This document shows, one piece after another, positions 1 to 18,348 of a stretch of 64,000 bases of DNA (position 1 is its first letter; every line of letters begins with the position of its first letter). The position numbers and the translations under genes are program-made. The notes under the pieces are model-generated. The model saw only the letters and a list, made by a program, of their open reading frames with translations. It did no database searches and had not been told where the DNA came from. The DNA is taken from positions 11,349,129-11,413,128 of the forward strand of contig CM082576.2 of NCBI GenBank assembly GCA_040954595.2. Direction: 5' to 3'. Origin of the DNA: Balanoglossus misakiensis (Eukaryota; Animalia; Hemichordata).

Positions 1-27
1 GACAGACATGATCTCTTTCCCGTTCAG

Positions 28-333
28 GAAAATCCACACTTTTACACCTCCAAGAACAGCCAGCCGAAGGCGTTGCTGTTAAAAAGTGCCGGGTCTCCGC
101 AGAATGCCGCCTTCCACGGAGCGGCGGCGGCACCCGACGACGACACGGAGACCCAAGACGAAGACGCCAACTCGAAGACATCGTCACCCGGCGTTGCCAT
201 CGCGGTCGGCGTCGTCGGCGGTCTCATGGTCACTGCCTGCGTGGTTATGGCCGTAGTGGTGACGATGAGGCGACGTAAGCCACGTGGCAGCGAACAGACG
301 TGGCTGTTCGAATCAGCCAGTCCACGGGCGTGA
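28..333 (+). CDS. Terminal coding exon of an upstream PLB1-like paralog (gene P0; 5' part lies outside the window): stalk, TM helix and short cytoplasmic tail
   Basis: Acceptor ttcag|GAA at 27/28. Reads ENPHFYTSKNS...GVAIAVGVVGGLMVTACVVMAVVVTM-RRRK...SPRA*. The start matches the last exon of P5 ([11 protein letters not shown]) and of the other paralogs (xxxYFYTxxN). AATAAA at 587-592. Confidence 0.85.
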   Translation, partial: ENPHFYTSKNSQPKALLLKSAGSPQNAAFHGAAAAPDDDTETQDEDANSKTSSPGVAIAVGVVGGLMVTACVVMAVVVTMRRRKPRGSEQTWLFESASPRA

Positions 334-3309
334 AAATAATAAGACATTCACGTTTTCCATTCCACCAGTTGTTGGTATAATATGTTATCAAGGTGATAGC
401 ACGAAGAATGATGTACCTCGATATTTGCCTTAGCTGCAAAATGTGGCCAGAAATCTTAAATTTAATTACATTTAAAAATCGATTTTAAGAACTACAGCTT
501 TCCGCACAAATGATGAAACATTTACATTTACTCAAGATATCTTTACTGCGTTTTAACAAATTTTATAAATTAAAATATATTTTATAAATAAAAGGGGGAG
601 TATATATCCGGTTTAGTTTAGTAATTCCGCGATAAAAAGTCAAATTGTATTTTATTATAAAGTGTGATCACATGATAACTGTATGAAAGATATTGTTACT
701 CGTTTGAGACTGGTGTATTGGACTAGTATCCAAGTCACGATTTTCTGGTCAACGTACAGTTTTACATTTTTAACAAGCAAGGTTTAAACAATACTTAGTT
801 ACACTTTCAGGGAAATTGATCAACGGGAGCACACATCGTATGAGATTTTTGCATTAATTTGTTTGGTTAAGAATATGACAACAATCGCACAAATTTGTAT
901 ATATATGATTTCAACTTGAATTTTTGTCATTCTAAGTACAATTTGGTTTTAAAGTGTCCGTAACATTTTTATAATAAGATGTCAAAATGGGAATAACGGT
1001 GTTGTCTTTTCTTTACCTACAATCCATACAATCTGACTGTTTGTGTGTCTGTCTGGCCACAATCCCTGCATAAAAGAGGGCGTGTGGTCTGGCCAACCTC
1101 TACCTGTCACAACCAGTTGCATGCACTGACGCTATTGGTTCTGTGGATTTCGGTTAATTTGTACAAGATCTTGGATCTCCGCCGCCTGTATTCATTGGGG
1201 CTGTACACGTGGTCGAATATACACATGATTCTGAAATCAAACCAATCCACTCGTAGCATTTCGATCAGGTGACCCTCTTTGCCAAGTCTCGGACTGAGAT
1301 CCCGTGGCAGGGACGATCAATATTGCCAATCACTGCCACGTGTTAGCACTACCCCCAAAAGCGTTAGTTTTGTCATCAACGTATAATTTTGTTTTACGGA
1401 CCCCGTACATGGTAGCTCGGTCAATGAACTTTGTATTAAAAAAAAGACTTATTTATTTCTACTTTGACATTTCTGAGCGTTATATCCATGTTCGCATATT
1501 TTAAAACTACACGTATCCCAAAGTCCGGAGTGTGACATTTCTCTGAATTTTCACCAATCTTTGGAATGTCTTCTTTTGGTCAAACGACTATACATCATAG
1601 TCTGTTTCTCGCCCTATCGTCTATCATCAACCACTAGTATGCAATCTCAGCACATATCAACTACATGCACATCTTGATTGTACATGCACTTAAATGGGCC
1701 ATAGGTCAAACATCATCCAACTGAGATAGCATGTAGGATTGGCCGAACCTGTGACTTCAAATCATCAACATATACACGGGAGAGAAACAAACACCGAACA
1801 AATTTCTCTTCCCTGGCAAAGTTCATGATGTATATTTGTAGAACGTTGTCCTGAATTGAGCATCATGCCAGACTGAACGACCTTGCAGACCAGACGAATT
1901 CGGTCCTTCCGCCATATTTGGAACAGTGTCCCTCATGGTAGGGCCTTGGTCCTCTTCTCGAAGAACATGCAGGGAGATCACTTTTTTGCAGTTGGTGCGT
2001 CGGAGAAATTCGAAACAAATAGCTCATCATATTCGTAATGAGAAATCACGGCCCACTTCACGCTCGTCCCGGTATACATGGTATAGACCCACCGGTGTCC
2101 AAAACAAACCCTTGCACCTGTAGTGCACTTGTCTATAACTAACGTAAACATAGATTTCGATGAACAATACACATTTGGGGGTGGTTATCTGTGTACATAT
2201 CATGCACACGACGCAAATCAGGGAGGTGATTAAATGTTTAAAATGTAAAACTTAAGAATCTGCTGTAACGGAAATCGACCCACAATTATATTGTTACAAG
2301 TCTAACTCTTAAAAAGCGTTTATTGCATGGGTTCAACGATACGAAAGCATTCTGTGGCCTTCTGGTGTACACGATGGTAACCATATTTCAGCTGCATAAT
2401 CATCTCGGCGATTTATCTAACAAACGTCTACCCACGATGATGTCTTTTTTCAAGGTATAAAAACTACCAATAAGCACATACGAACGTTTATCGAAGTAAT
2501 GGCCAAAATATACAAGGCCATTTAATGGTTGAAAATTCTTCAGTGTATGATAATGGATGCGTATAAGGAACGATGATACATTAGGGCAGTTTCCCAACGC
2601 AAACAGCGATCGAATGAAAAAAAAATATATAAGTGATAAGGGCTTCATCAACCTGTTTAAAGGTTCTGGCCAAATTCTCGAGACTTGTCCGTCCTTGCGG
2701 TTTGTGATAAAAGCCCCTGAAGTAACTGTCACGCGGGGGAGGCGTGGTTGCAATCAGTCGGATTTGAAAAGATGGAACGGTCGTGTTCCATAGAAACAAA
2801 ACAAATTAATTGGTATCGCACAAGCGATTTGTGTGATAAAATGGGATTCTGCGTTTATAACTGTTACTGTAAACAGTAGATCTGGGCGTCGCCATAGAAA
2901 CTTGCATTCGCACATAAGAACAAAAACCTATCAGTCGATAAAAATAGCTTCGTCGCTCATCAAACGGTTGCTTTCTTAACAAGTCGTCATATTTTTTTCT
3001 CGAATTTCACCGAAACTAATCAGATCGTGCGTTTAATAGTAAAGAACAATCGCTACTCCCCGAAGAACTAACAGAGTTATCGTGGAGCCGTATCTGACAT
3101 CTAATCGCCCCACTGCGTCGCAATCCCAGGTATCCTCCGGCGCTGAGGATGACAAGACAAAAACAAACAAACGTCACGTGGGGGATCTGTTTGCAGACAC
3201 GTCGGTGTAGTATGAGCGAATCGAGAATCGAATGATGTGGTTTATGTAACCTCGCGATACAGGTCTGTATATTCATTCCGCCCGAGACGCTTGTAGAGAC
3301 AGCATCACG

Positions 3310-8654
<5,345 letters not shown>

Positions 8655-10492
8655 TCGGAATCAATTTAACCACCATCGCCGACCAAGCCTGCATTGATAG
8701 TGTTAGGCTAGAACTGCCGTCGCAAAAATTAGTTTTCATAGCGGTTTGGGACCTCCAAGAAAGGAGGGAGGAAAGATAGAATCTGTTTCATTGAAACCCA
8801 TCACATAAGTAATTGAAACACAACCGACTGTTAGCCAGATCGATCCTTCAAATATAGATGTCATTTTCTGCCAATTATGAACGTTTAACGTATTTCAACT
8901 GAATGTATCATAATGCCTTTCTTTAGTCATGTATATAAGTTTTGTAGTAGATCATTTTGAAATAAAAAAGTATATACCTTCGTACTGATGTTGTTCTATT
9001 TTCGATGATATTACACCATGGTGAATGGACAGGTTTTGCTCTCTCACTTGTCGGACTGTACTATAATACCTTTAATGTCAAAAAATAATTGCGAAACGAT
9101 GACAAGACATGTTTTATGTCGGTCTATAACTCAATGTTCCAAATTGTCAGTCATTATCAATGAACGAATCAGTTTTCAGAGTCTGGAGAGTGGAAATTCG
9201 GAGGAGCGCCCTCTGTTGTAATTGTGAAATAACTGGGTCTTTGATACCGAGATCGCGAAAAGCGCCTAGAAACTTCTGTTCGAATGATAGTAACTGTTTC
9301 TATTCGAGCACAAGTGTCAATGCAATCAACACAGCGCCATCGTGCGGCCCGTTTACAGTGTACATGTATACTGTTCATACTTAGTCCTTGTTTAATATCA
9401 ATAGAATGAACAGACTACTTTTGGCCACTTTATTGTCACATGAATGTGCATCATGTCCAACAGGCAACGAAGACAAACACGACATGATTTTTTTGCATTT
9501 AAGAAAGGCTCCTCTCAAGAAACTCGTATATAGGACTTTTTTTTCCAAAGTACAAGTCAGACACTAGGCTACAACCACAAGCTTTACTATCGTGTCCAAA
9601 CTTGACCTGGTCACGTTGCTATGGGAAAACCGAGATTTAACGTTGCCATGGAATACCCTACCACTGAACTATTTATTGTCTGGTGACTGGTGCGCCGCTG
9701 ATCAAGTCCATCAAAACACAGGAACTGAGAGAATTTATCATCAAATAACAAGGACCGAAGGACTGGCTAATCCGTCCCTGGTCAAGATAACCTAAGTTCG
9801 GAACAATAATAAGTCTATAGAGTTGTATTCTTCGTCTTTTTCATTAACGATTCTTATTTAAAGAATAGTAAGAAAAGGAAATGATGCGTTTCAACAATTT
9901 CAAAAATGGACAAACCTTAAAATCACACCTATTTACCAGTTTTAAATAAAAGCAAACTGACTGCAATAATATTTTGTTTCAATGAAAAGATGACAAGATA
10001 GAACTTGTTAACCAAGACCTTCAGAGTCAACATTTACTGCGGTTTTTCAAACTTTGACCAACGTCTGACGTCATTGGTTACATTTATGATCGAGGTTGTT
10101 TTTCAGATTTCAATCTCTGTTGGCACTTGTACAAGGAATTCTGATCATTACGAAATAGCTCGGTGGCCAAACGATCTCCCAGAGCAAACGTCTGTTGATA
10201 TAGATGACATTTAGACCCCATCATAATCAACAAAATTGTTGGTCAATATATTGGGGGGTACGTGCGTGGTACACCGCAGCTGTTGCTGGGGGTCGGCCAA
10301 TGCAAAACAATGGGTGGCACGTGCGGGATTGTGATGACGATGAACACAATAGTTGAATAGAGGCGGACACAGGGCGAACTCTAGAGGGCCCCTATCTGTG
10401 AATCCCCTATCTCTGAGCCCCGAAACTATAAACTCGAAAACAAGGGACTTGTCAGGGTTGCGAATCAGGCGGTCGCGAACACGCAAGCAGAA

Positions 10493-13400
10493 ATGGAGAT
10501 GAAATTAACCAAGGCATTCCTGCTGGTCTGTTTCTTGCCATGTCTGCTTTGCTCTCAAACGACCAACGAAGACACTCCCGAAACATGTAAGTCGTCACTT
10601 CTTGTTTTTCACTTTCATCGAGAGGTTTGCATTTCTGATTTAGTGTGGATAAAGGGTTCACCCACGCCACAATTCACGAGGGCACAGACATCCTAAAACT
10701 GGCACTGAAATGTATTATTTTGAATGTGACGCAAATTGAACGGTTTTGTGATTATAAGATATCCAGAAATATTGTATAATCAACCGAGTTCTATTAAACT
10801 GCGCTGACATTTATGCAAAGTGTGTGATTTTCAGTGAAAAAATATTAGAATCGCAGTTTTTACAAATATAATCAAGTAAAACAGTGAAATGTTAGCTATT
10901 TTCAGGCTATATTCAAGATTGTGGATAAACGATTTCCATGAAAATGTTCTTCTCTAGTGTAAAGATTGCCAATCTTCATAACCCGGCAATGAGTTATGTC
11001 TACACGTCTTTGCATCGTTTTGTAACAAAATCCACAGCGGTGTAAACTTGGTTGGTTGCATCCCAATTGTCCCCAGTAACCCAATGCAATACAGCGGGCT
11101 GACAAGAATTTAGGTAGGGAACATCGTGTTTGGCAATATATGTTAACAACTATAAGTAATAGCCTTTTCCAGTTTTTCAAAGTTTTTCCATATTTTTTTT
11201 AACGCAGGGTGGGAACGCTATGTTAGATTTCTCAAATTTTATGGCGAAGATCATCCAAGCCTTCCGGTTATCGATATACCGACGCTGCCTGGCCCACCGG
11301 GTCCACCTCAACCACCGCAGCCGCCCGAGTTGCCTGACCTCCCCGATCCCCCAACGGCACTTCCAACGGCGAAACCGGAGTTCCCAGAGCTCAACATCAG
11401 TATACCCATCAGTGACATTCGTTGCATTGTGAGTATGCCGTCATCAATTCAGTTGTCGGGTTCGTGTGTGCATATCAGGAGACAACAACCATTACAATTT
11501 AGACAAAACTGTTAGTGATTCGCGTGTTATTTTATGCTTGACGTTGAGTAATTTAAAGAAGTATATTTTAAAAAAAATGTTTTCATTAAACTAATACTGG
11601 CGCCTAAACGTGAGTGACGATACCTTTTCATGACAAATGATCTTTTATGACTGGCAGGACTACATATATAGACGTCATAGAAATAGAGTGAGTGAGTGAG
11701 TGAGTGAGAGAGAGAGAAAGGAGGGAGAGAGCGGGGGGGGGGGGGGTATATGGTTTTTCGTGTCTCAATCGGCCCACTTCACGGTTCACATTGGAAAGGA
11801 AATTTGAAGGTATGAAAATGGAGCCATCACATTAACAATACTTCCACACGTGTTGCTTCTGGGCCAGGTCCAGAACCAATTTAACCAAGAACGCCAAAAC
11901 GGCTTTGGCTTTAAAACCACGATTTTGCTGAGTATGTACTGGCTGAATTTTTTTTTCTCTTCTGTGGGAAGTGACCTACTTAAACACGATGATCGATGCT
12001 ATATGCAGAGACAAAAAGACAAACCGGTGTTTACTTTGAGGTACAGGTCAAAATGATCCCGAGGTTTGGCTTGTATAGCAGTCGTCCTGTGGACGTGCGT
12101 CACCTTCTCAATCCCTACATGCTTCTCACACTAGACGCCGTCCGGTGAATTGATCGTTATCAATCAGTTCAGTCTGTCTGTCAACCTTTGTCGAGTCCTT
12201 CATTGATTTTTTGTCCATTTTCTGTTGGATAATTCTGATAATTCCGTCAGGGCTTTCTCAGGACCCGTTTTTTTCAGAAGGTTTTTTTGTGTGCCTCGTC
12301 TTTCCTGACTTACCAGTCATAGTACCAGAGAGTATGTTATTCGTTGGAAGATGGAATTTCCACCCAAAGAGACCTTACTATATGCAAGTCAAACCATGTT
12401 AATTGTACTCCCCATATATTTTTGTCCCTCGCCTAAAATGTTACAGGAATTAGGCGACATCGGTCAACGGACATTTAGTCAATGCCGAATATGAATTTTT
12501 TCCACCGATACATTACCTTGATGGAAAAAAACGGCGATAGTTTATTGACGTGCTAAATTCTTGGCATTTAAATACTTTATCGAGTTGAACAAGACTTTCT
12601 TGTAGTTGCACATACGAAAAAATACGGTGAAAGTTGAGACATCAAACGTTACAACGCTATACAGTGGTGTCTGTCAAGGACGAGTCTGATAAAGTGCGAC
12701 AAACTCCTCAGACCAGGATGGACCATGACTAGATCTTTGTACCGCTTATCGACAGAAGTGCCAAACTCTCCAGAGATTAATCCCAATGACTAATTCCCGA
12801 GGCCAATTAACCCTCTTATTGCTTTGACCTATTTTTAAAATAAAAGTTGCTTACAGCACACAACGCACGCTTGATTTGCCACAGTAACCGAAATATCGAC
12901 AACACTAATGTTGAACCTTTAGTATAACCACCAGCACTTCAAAATCACAACGCAATCATTTTTATTGTATCAATAAAAAGGAAGGGGCCATCATAGTTCT
13001 GGATCAGTGGACATAAAAGATCAGCGTATCAAATGTAAAAAAAAAACAAATTTATTTCTGAATCCTACTGTGAAAATAGCATCTATCTTTGATAGAAGAT
13101 ACTAAAGTCGTGTATTGTGTAAATTTAGATAGGAACGCATGTGGTATTTTGGACTTTTCCTTCGTTGTGGTACTTATGTCAAAAGTGGGCAGTTGTTTTC
13201 TTCCTTGGCTTTCACGTTTCGTGGGCGTCGTGAGTGTGGTATTTCATAGTCAAATTCTTAAATAAATGACCATTTATAATTCTTAATTCATTTGTGACTT
13301 TTTTTCAGGAGTACAACTGGACGCGATTTGAATTTACGTGTGATTACAAAGCGCCATCACCTATTGTACCCAGATCAGGTACGTATTGCATTCTTATGAT

Positions 13401-16400
13401 GTCTTCTTCACAACAGACCATACTATGAACTGGCGTGGGTACGGACGCTGATAATTTCCATGAGGAACGGTTTGGTGTTCAGAACACAACGGTCATGCCA
13501 TCTAGAAAAAATGGCGACCTTCCCCTTTAACGTCACAATTTTTCATCATAGGTTATAGCTCATGAAAATCATCAAAAATGACAATTTTTCGACTTTGCGA
13601 ATTTTCAAAATTTTGCCATTTTTCACAAAAAATCATGCGTTATAGCTCATGAAAATCATCCAAAAATGACAATTTGTCGACTTTGCGAATTTTCAAAATT
13701 TGGCCATTTTTCACAAAAATCATGGGTTATAGCTCATGAAAATCATCAAAAAAATGACAATTTTTCGACTTTGCGAATTTTCAAAATTTGGCCATTTTTC
13801 ACAAAAAATCATGGGTTATAGCTCATGAAAATCATCAAAAAATGACAATTTGTCGACTTTGTGAATTTTCAAAATTTGGCGATTTTTCACAAAAATCATG
13901 GGTTATAGCTCATGAAAATCATCAAAAAATGACAATTTGTCGACTTTGCGAATTTTCAAAATTTGGCGATTTTTCACAAAAATCATGGGTTATAGCTCAT
14001 GAAAATAATCAAAAAAATGACAATTTGTCGACTTTGCGAATTTTCAAAATTTGGCCATTTTTCACAAAAATCATGGGTTATAGCTCATGAAAATCATCAA
14101 AAAATGACAATTTTTCGACTTTGCGAATTTTCAAAATTTGGCGATTTTTCACAAAAATCATGGGTTATAGCTCATGAAAATCATCAAAAAATGACAATTT
14201 TTCGACTTTGCGAATTTTCAAAATTTGGCCATTTTTCACAAAAAATCATGGGTTATAGCTCATGAAAATCATCAAAAAATGACAATTTGTCGACTTTGCG
14301 AATTTTCAAAATGTGGCCATTTTTCACAAAAATCATGGGTTATAGCTCATGAAAATCATCAAAAAAATGACAATTTGTCGACTTTGCGAATTTTCAAAAT
14401 TTGGCCATTTTTCACAAAAATCATGGGTTATAGCTCATGAAAATCATCAAAAAAATGACAATTTTTCGACTTTGCGAATTTTCAAAATTTGGCCATTTTT
14501 CACAAAAAATCATGGGTTATAGCTCATGAAAATCATCAAAAAATGACAATTTGTCGACTTTGTGAATTTTCAAAATTTGGCGATTTTTCACAAAAATCAT
14601 GGGTTATAGCTCATGAAAATCATCAAAAAATGACAATTTGTCGACTTTGCGAATTTTCAAAATTTGGCGATTTTTCACAAAAATCATGGGTTATAGCTCA
14701 TGAAAATAATCAAAAAAATGACAATTTGTCGACTTTGCGAATTTTCAAAATTTGGCCATTTTTCACAAAAATCATGGGTTATAGCTCATGAAAATCATCA
14801 AAAAATGACAATTTTTCGACTTTGCGAATTTTCAAAATTTGGCGATTTTTCACAAAAATCATGGGTTATAGCTCATGAAAATCATCAAAAAATGACAATT
14901 TTTCGACTTTGCGAATTTTCAAAATTTGGCCATTTTTCACAAAAAATCATGGGTTATAGCTCATGAAAATCATCAAAAAATGACAATTTGTCGACTTTGC
15001 GAATTTTCAAAATGTGGCCATTTTTCACAAAAATCATGGGTTATAGCTCATGAAAATCATCAAAAAAATGACAATTTGTCGACTTTGCGAATTTTCAAAA
15101 TTTGGCCATTTTTCACAAAAAATCATGGGTTATAGCTCATGAAAATCATCAAAAAATGACAATTTGTCGACTTTGCGAATTTTCAAAATTTGGCCATTTT
15201 TCACAAAAAATCATGGGTTATAGCTCATGAAAATCATCAAAAAATGACAATTTGTCGACTTTGCGAATTTTCAAAATTTGGCCATTTTTCACAAAAAATC
15301 ATGGGTTATAGCTCATGAAAATTATCAAAAAATGACAATTTGTCGACTTTGCGAATTTTCAAAATTTGGCCATTTTTCACAAAAAATCATGGGTTATAGC
15401 TCATGAAAATCATCAAAAAATGACAATTTGTCGACTTTGCGAATTTTCAAAATTTGGCCATTTTTCACAAAAAATCATGGGTTATAGCTCATGAAAATCA
15501 TCAAAAAATGACAATTTATCGACTTTGCGAATTTTCAAAATTTGGCCATTTTTCACAAAAAATCATGGGTTATACAATGTAGCTCATGAAAATCATCAAA
15601 AAATGACAATTTGTCGACTTTGCGAATTTTCAAAATTTGGCCATTTTTCACAAAAATCATGGGTTATAGCTCATGAAAATCATCAAAAAATGACAATTTG
15701 TCGACTTTGCGAATTTTCAAAATTTGGCGATTTTTCACAAAAATCATGGGTTATAGCTCATGAAAATCATCAAAAAATGACAATTTGTCGACTTTGCGAA
15801 TTTTCAAAATTTGGCCATTTTTCCAAAATATCATGGGTTATAGCTCATGAAAATTACCAAAAAATGACAATTTGTCGACTTTGCGAATTTTCAAAATGTG
15901 GCCATTTTTCACAAAAAATCATGGGTTATAGCTCATGAAAATCATCCAAAAATGACAGTTTGTCGACTTTATCTGTCTCAGCGCTTGTACAACTTCACAT
16001 AATTTAAAAAAAATTCCCCTAAACGTACGAGCTATCCTCTCAGCAGTTTATATAATGACTCATATTTACAGGGTCTCCAAATTAACACCATGTAATTCTT
16101 TCTCTCTATGCAGTTCACAGTCTCCGTCCGGGTGACATCAATGTTGTGGCCGCACTTGGAGATTCCCTCACTGTAAGTCTCGCCATTGTTCAATTGGCCA
16201 CCTTACGAACGGCTGCCATGGATACAATGATTTTGCGTTTATCGGGTATTTGCATGGGTTATGCATAGTCGACGTCTTTGACGCTACATGCTGCATTTCA
16301 TTTACATATTTTCTGATTTCTTGTTGTTTATTTGTTTGTTTGTGTTTACAGGCAGGCAATGGAGCCAGAGCTGACTGCCTTATCGAGGTTATCATCATGG

Positions 16401-18255
16401 GAAGGGAGCTGTCTTTTAGGTAAAAAATGCATTGTATTTGTAAACTAGAAAATACACAAATGTATGCATGTGTTCATACATAGATACACAGATACATACA
16501 TACATTAATTTATTTTTTTTATTTATTACTATAGTAGACATACTTTTACCACACTGTCTTTGTTCTTTTGCAGTATCGGAGGGAATGCCACCATATACGA
16601 TGGTATAGTGACTCTACCAAGTAAGCACACATTATGAATACGAGATGACTCGTTTTTCTTACAAGTCGATACGTTCATAAACACCACTTAACAGGATGCG
16701 GGCATTTGTAGTATTCAATGCCAGCGTGACACTGACAATTACCAAAATCACACAAGTGATTGGATTGGATTGGATTTTCAACATAAGCGGTTACAGAAAA
16801 GTTTACCTTACATGTTGTTTCAATTTCTATCATGCAGACATCCTGAAGACGTATAATCCCAATCTCAAAGGTTATTCGCTGGCCGCCGGGCCTGACTTTA
16901 GTCTGGAGCGCTCCAGCTTGAATGTTGCCGTTCCCGGGGCAAAGTCAGAGTAAGTTATGACAAATCACACGCTTTTACCAGATTTTTCTTCAATTCACAA
17001 TGTGTTTGTATTTCTGAGGCGGTTCGATGTTCCACACAGAAAACCGTACTGTCGTTGATTGCTGGCGAAATCGCTGTAATATGACGTCATCTTTTCTCAG
17101 TGACATGCTCGTCCAGACGCAAGAGATGATCCACAGAATGAAGACTTGGGGTGAGGTCGATTGGTATAATGACTGGAAGATGGTGACTCTGTTTATTGGC
17201 GGCAACGACCTGTGCGCCTGCAAAGAAGACCCCATCGGCCCCGATGAATATGCCTACAATATCAAACTGGCCTTAGATCTCATGCACAAAGAGGTACATT
17301 TACATGTAGACTGTAGTAATCGATGATTCAATTTTCCACTGTACCTGTCTACATGCATCATGGCGTGCGTTAGATTCATATTAACTGACTCTCTCATAAC
17401 GGTACTTTCAATTCTTGTTTTGTAGATGCCAAGGACGTTTGTAAATCTAGTCCAGGTTGTACAGGTCACAGAACTCAACCAGATGACGAGTACATTTTGC
17501 AACATAGCACACAAGTAAGACACTAAATATATCTGGCTGTCAGGTTCTATCATTACAATTACTATGCCGAGCCACGTTTAATCATGAAACCAGGAAAAAA
17601 GCAAATTTGTCAACACGTTGTCAACGATTGCGCAATAGTTCTGAAAAGATGCTTGGCAATAAGAACTTAAGCCGGATTTGCAATGGATGTATAAGAACGC
17701 TATACAGAAAGTTGGTAACTCCCAGTCACTTCTCACTTGTAGAATAGCATGCGAGTGTGCCAAAGAATTGTGGAACGAAGACTGGGAAGAGATCTACAAC
17801 CTTACACAGGCATATTACGTACGTATATTAATGATTCTACCACTTTTATACACACAAAGTCTGATACCTGTTTCCAATTCATGTCCTTCAACAATCCAAC
17901 ACCAGATCTAGAGTCATATAAATGTTAATTACTTTCATGATGGTTTTCGTCGGTGTACTTCAGTGGGGCATGGATGTTCTAGCCCAAGTGCTACCGATCC
18001 TAACCCTACCACTGCATCAGTTACATCGACAAGGCGCCAGCTGATATGATCGTCTTCCCTCTCATCTTTCTTCTAGAGGGCGATAGATAATTTGATTCTC
18101 TACGGCCAGTACGATACCAGAGACGACTTCACTGTTGTCATTCAGCCATTTTTCGAGGAGAGTGAAATTAAGGAAAATGACGTATGTATTAAAATCGGAT
18201 ATTTACTATGCTTTGACCTCTCCTTTGGTGGTGGTGGTGGTGGTGGTGTTGGTGT

Positions 18256-18348
<93 letters not shown>

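Noticed and set aside
13548-15970. Regular repeat array as a possible CRISPR array, or as coding sequence (repeated [25 protein letters not shown] ORFs)
   Set aside because: Monomers abut with no unique spacers and no cas genes are present. Frames shift at variable A-runs. The array lies inside a GT-AG intron of P2.
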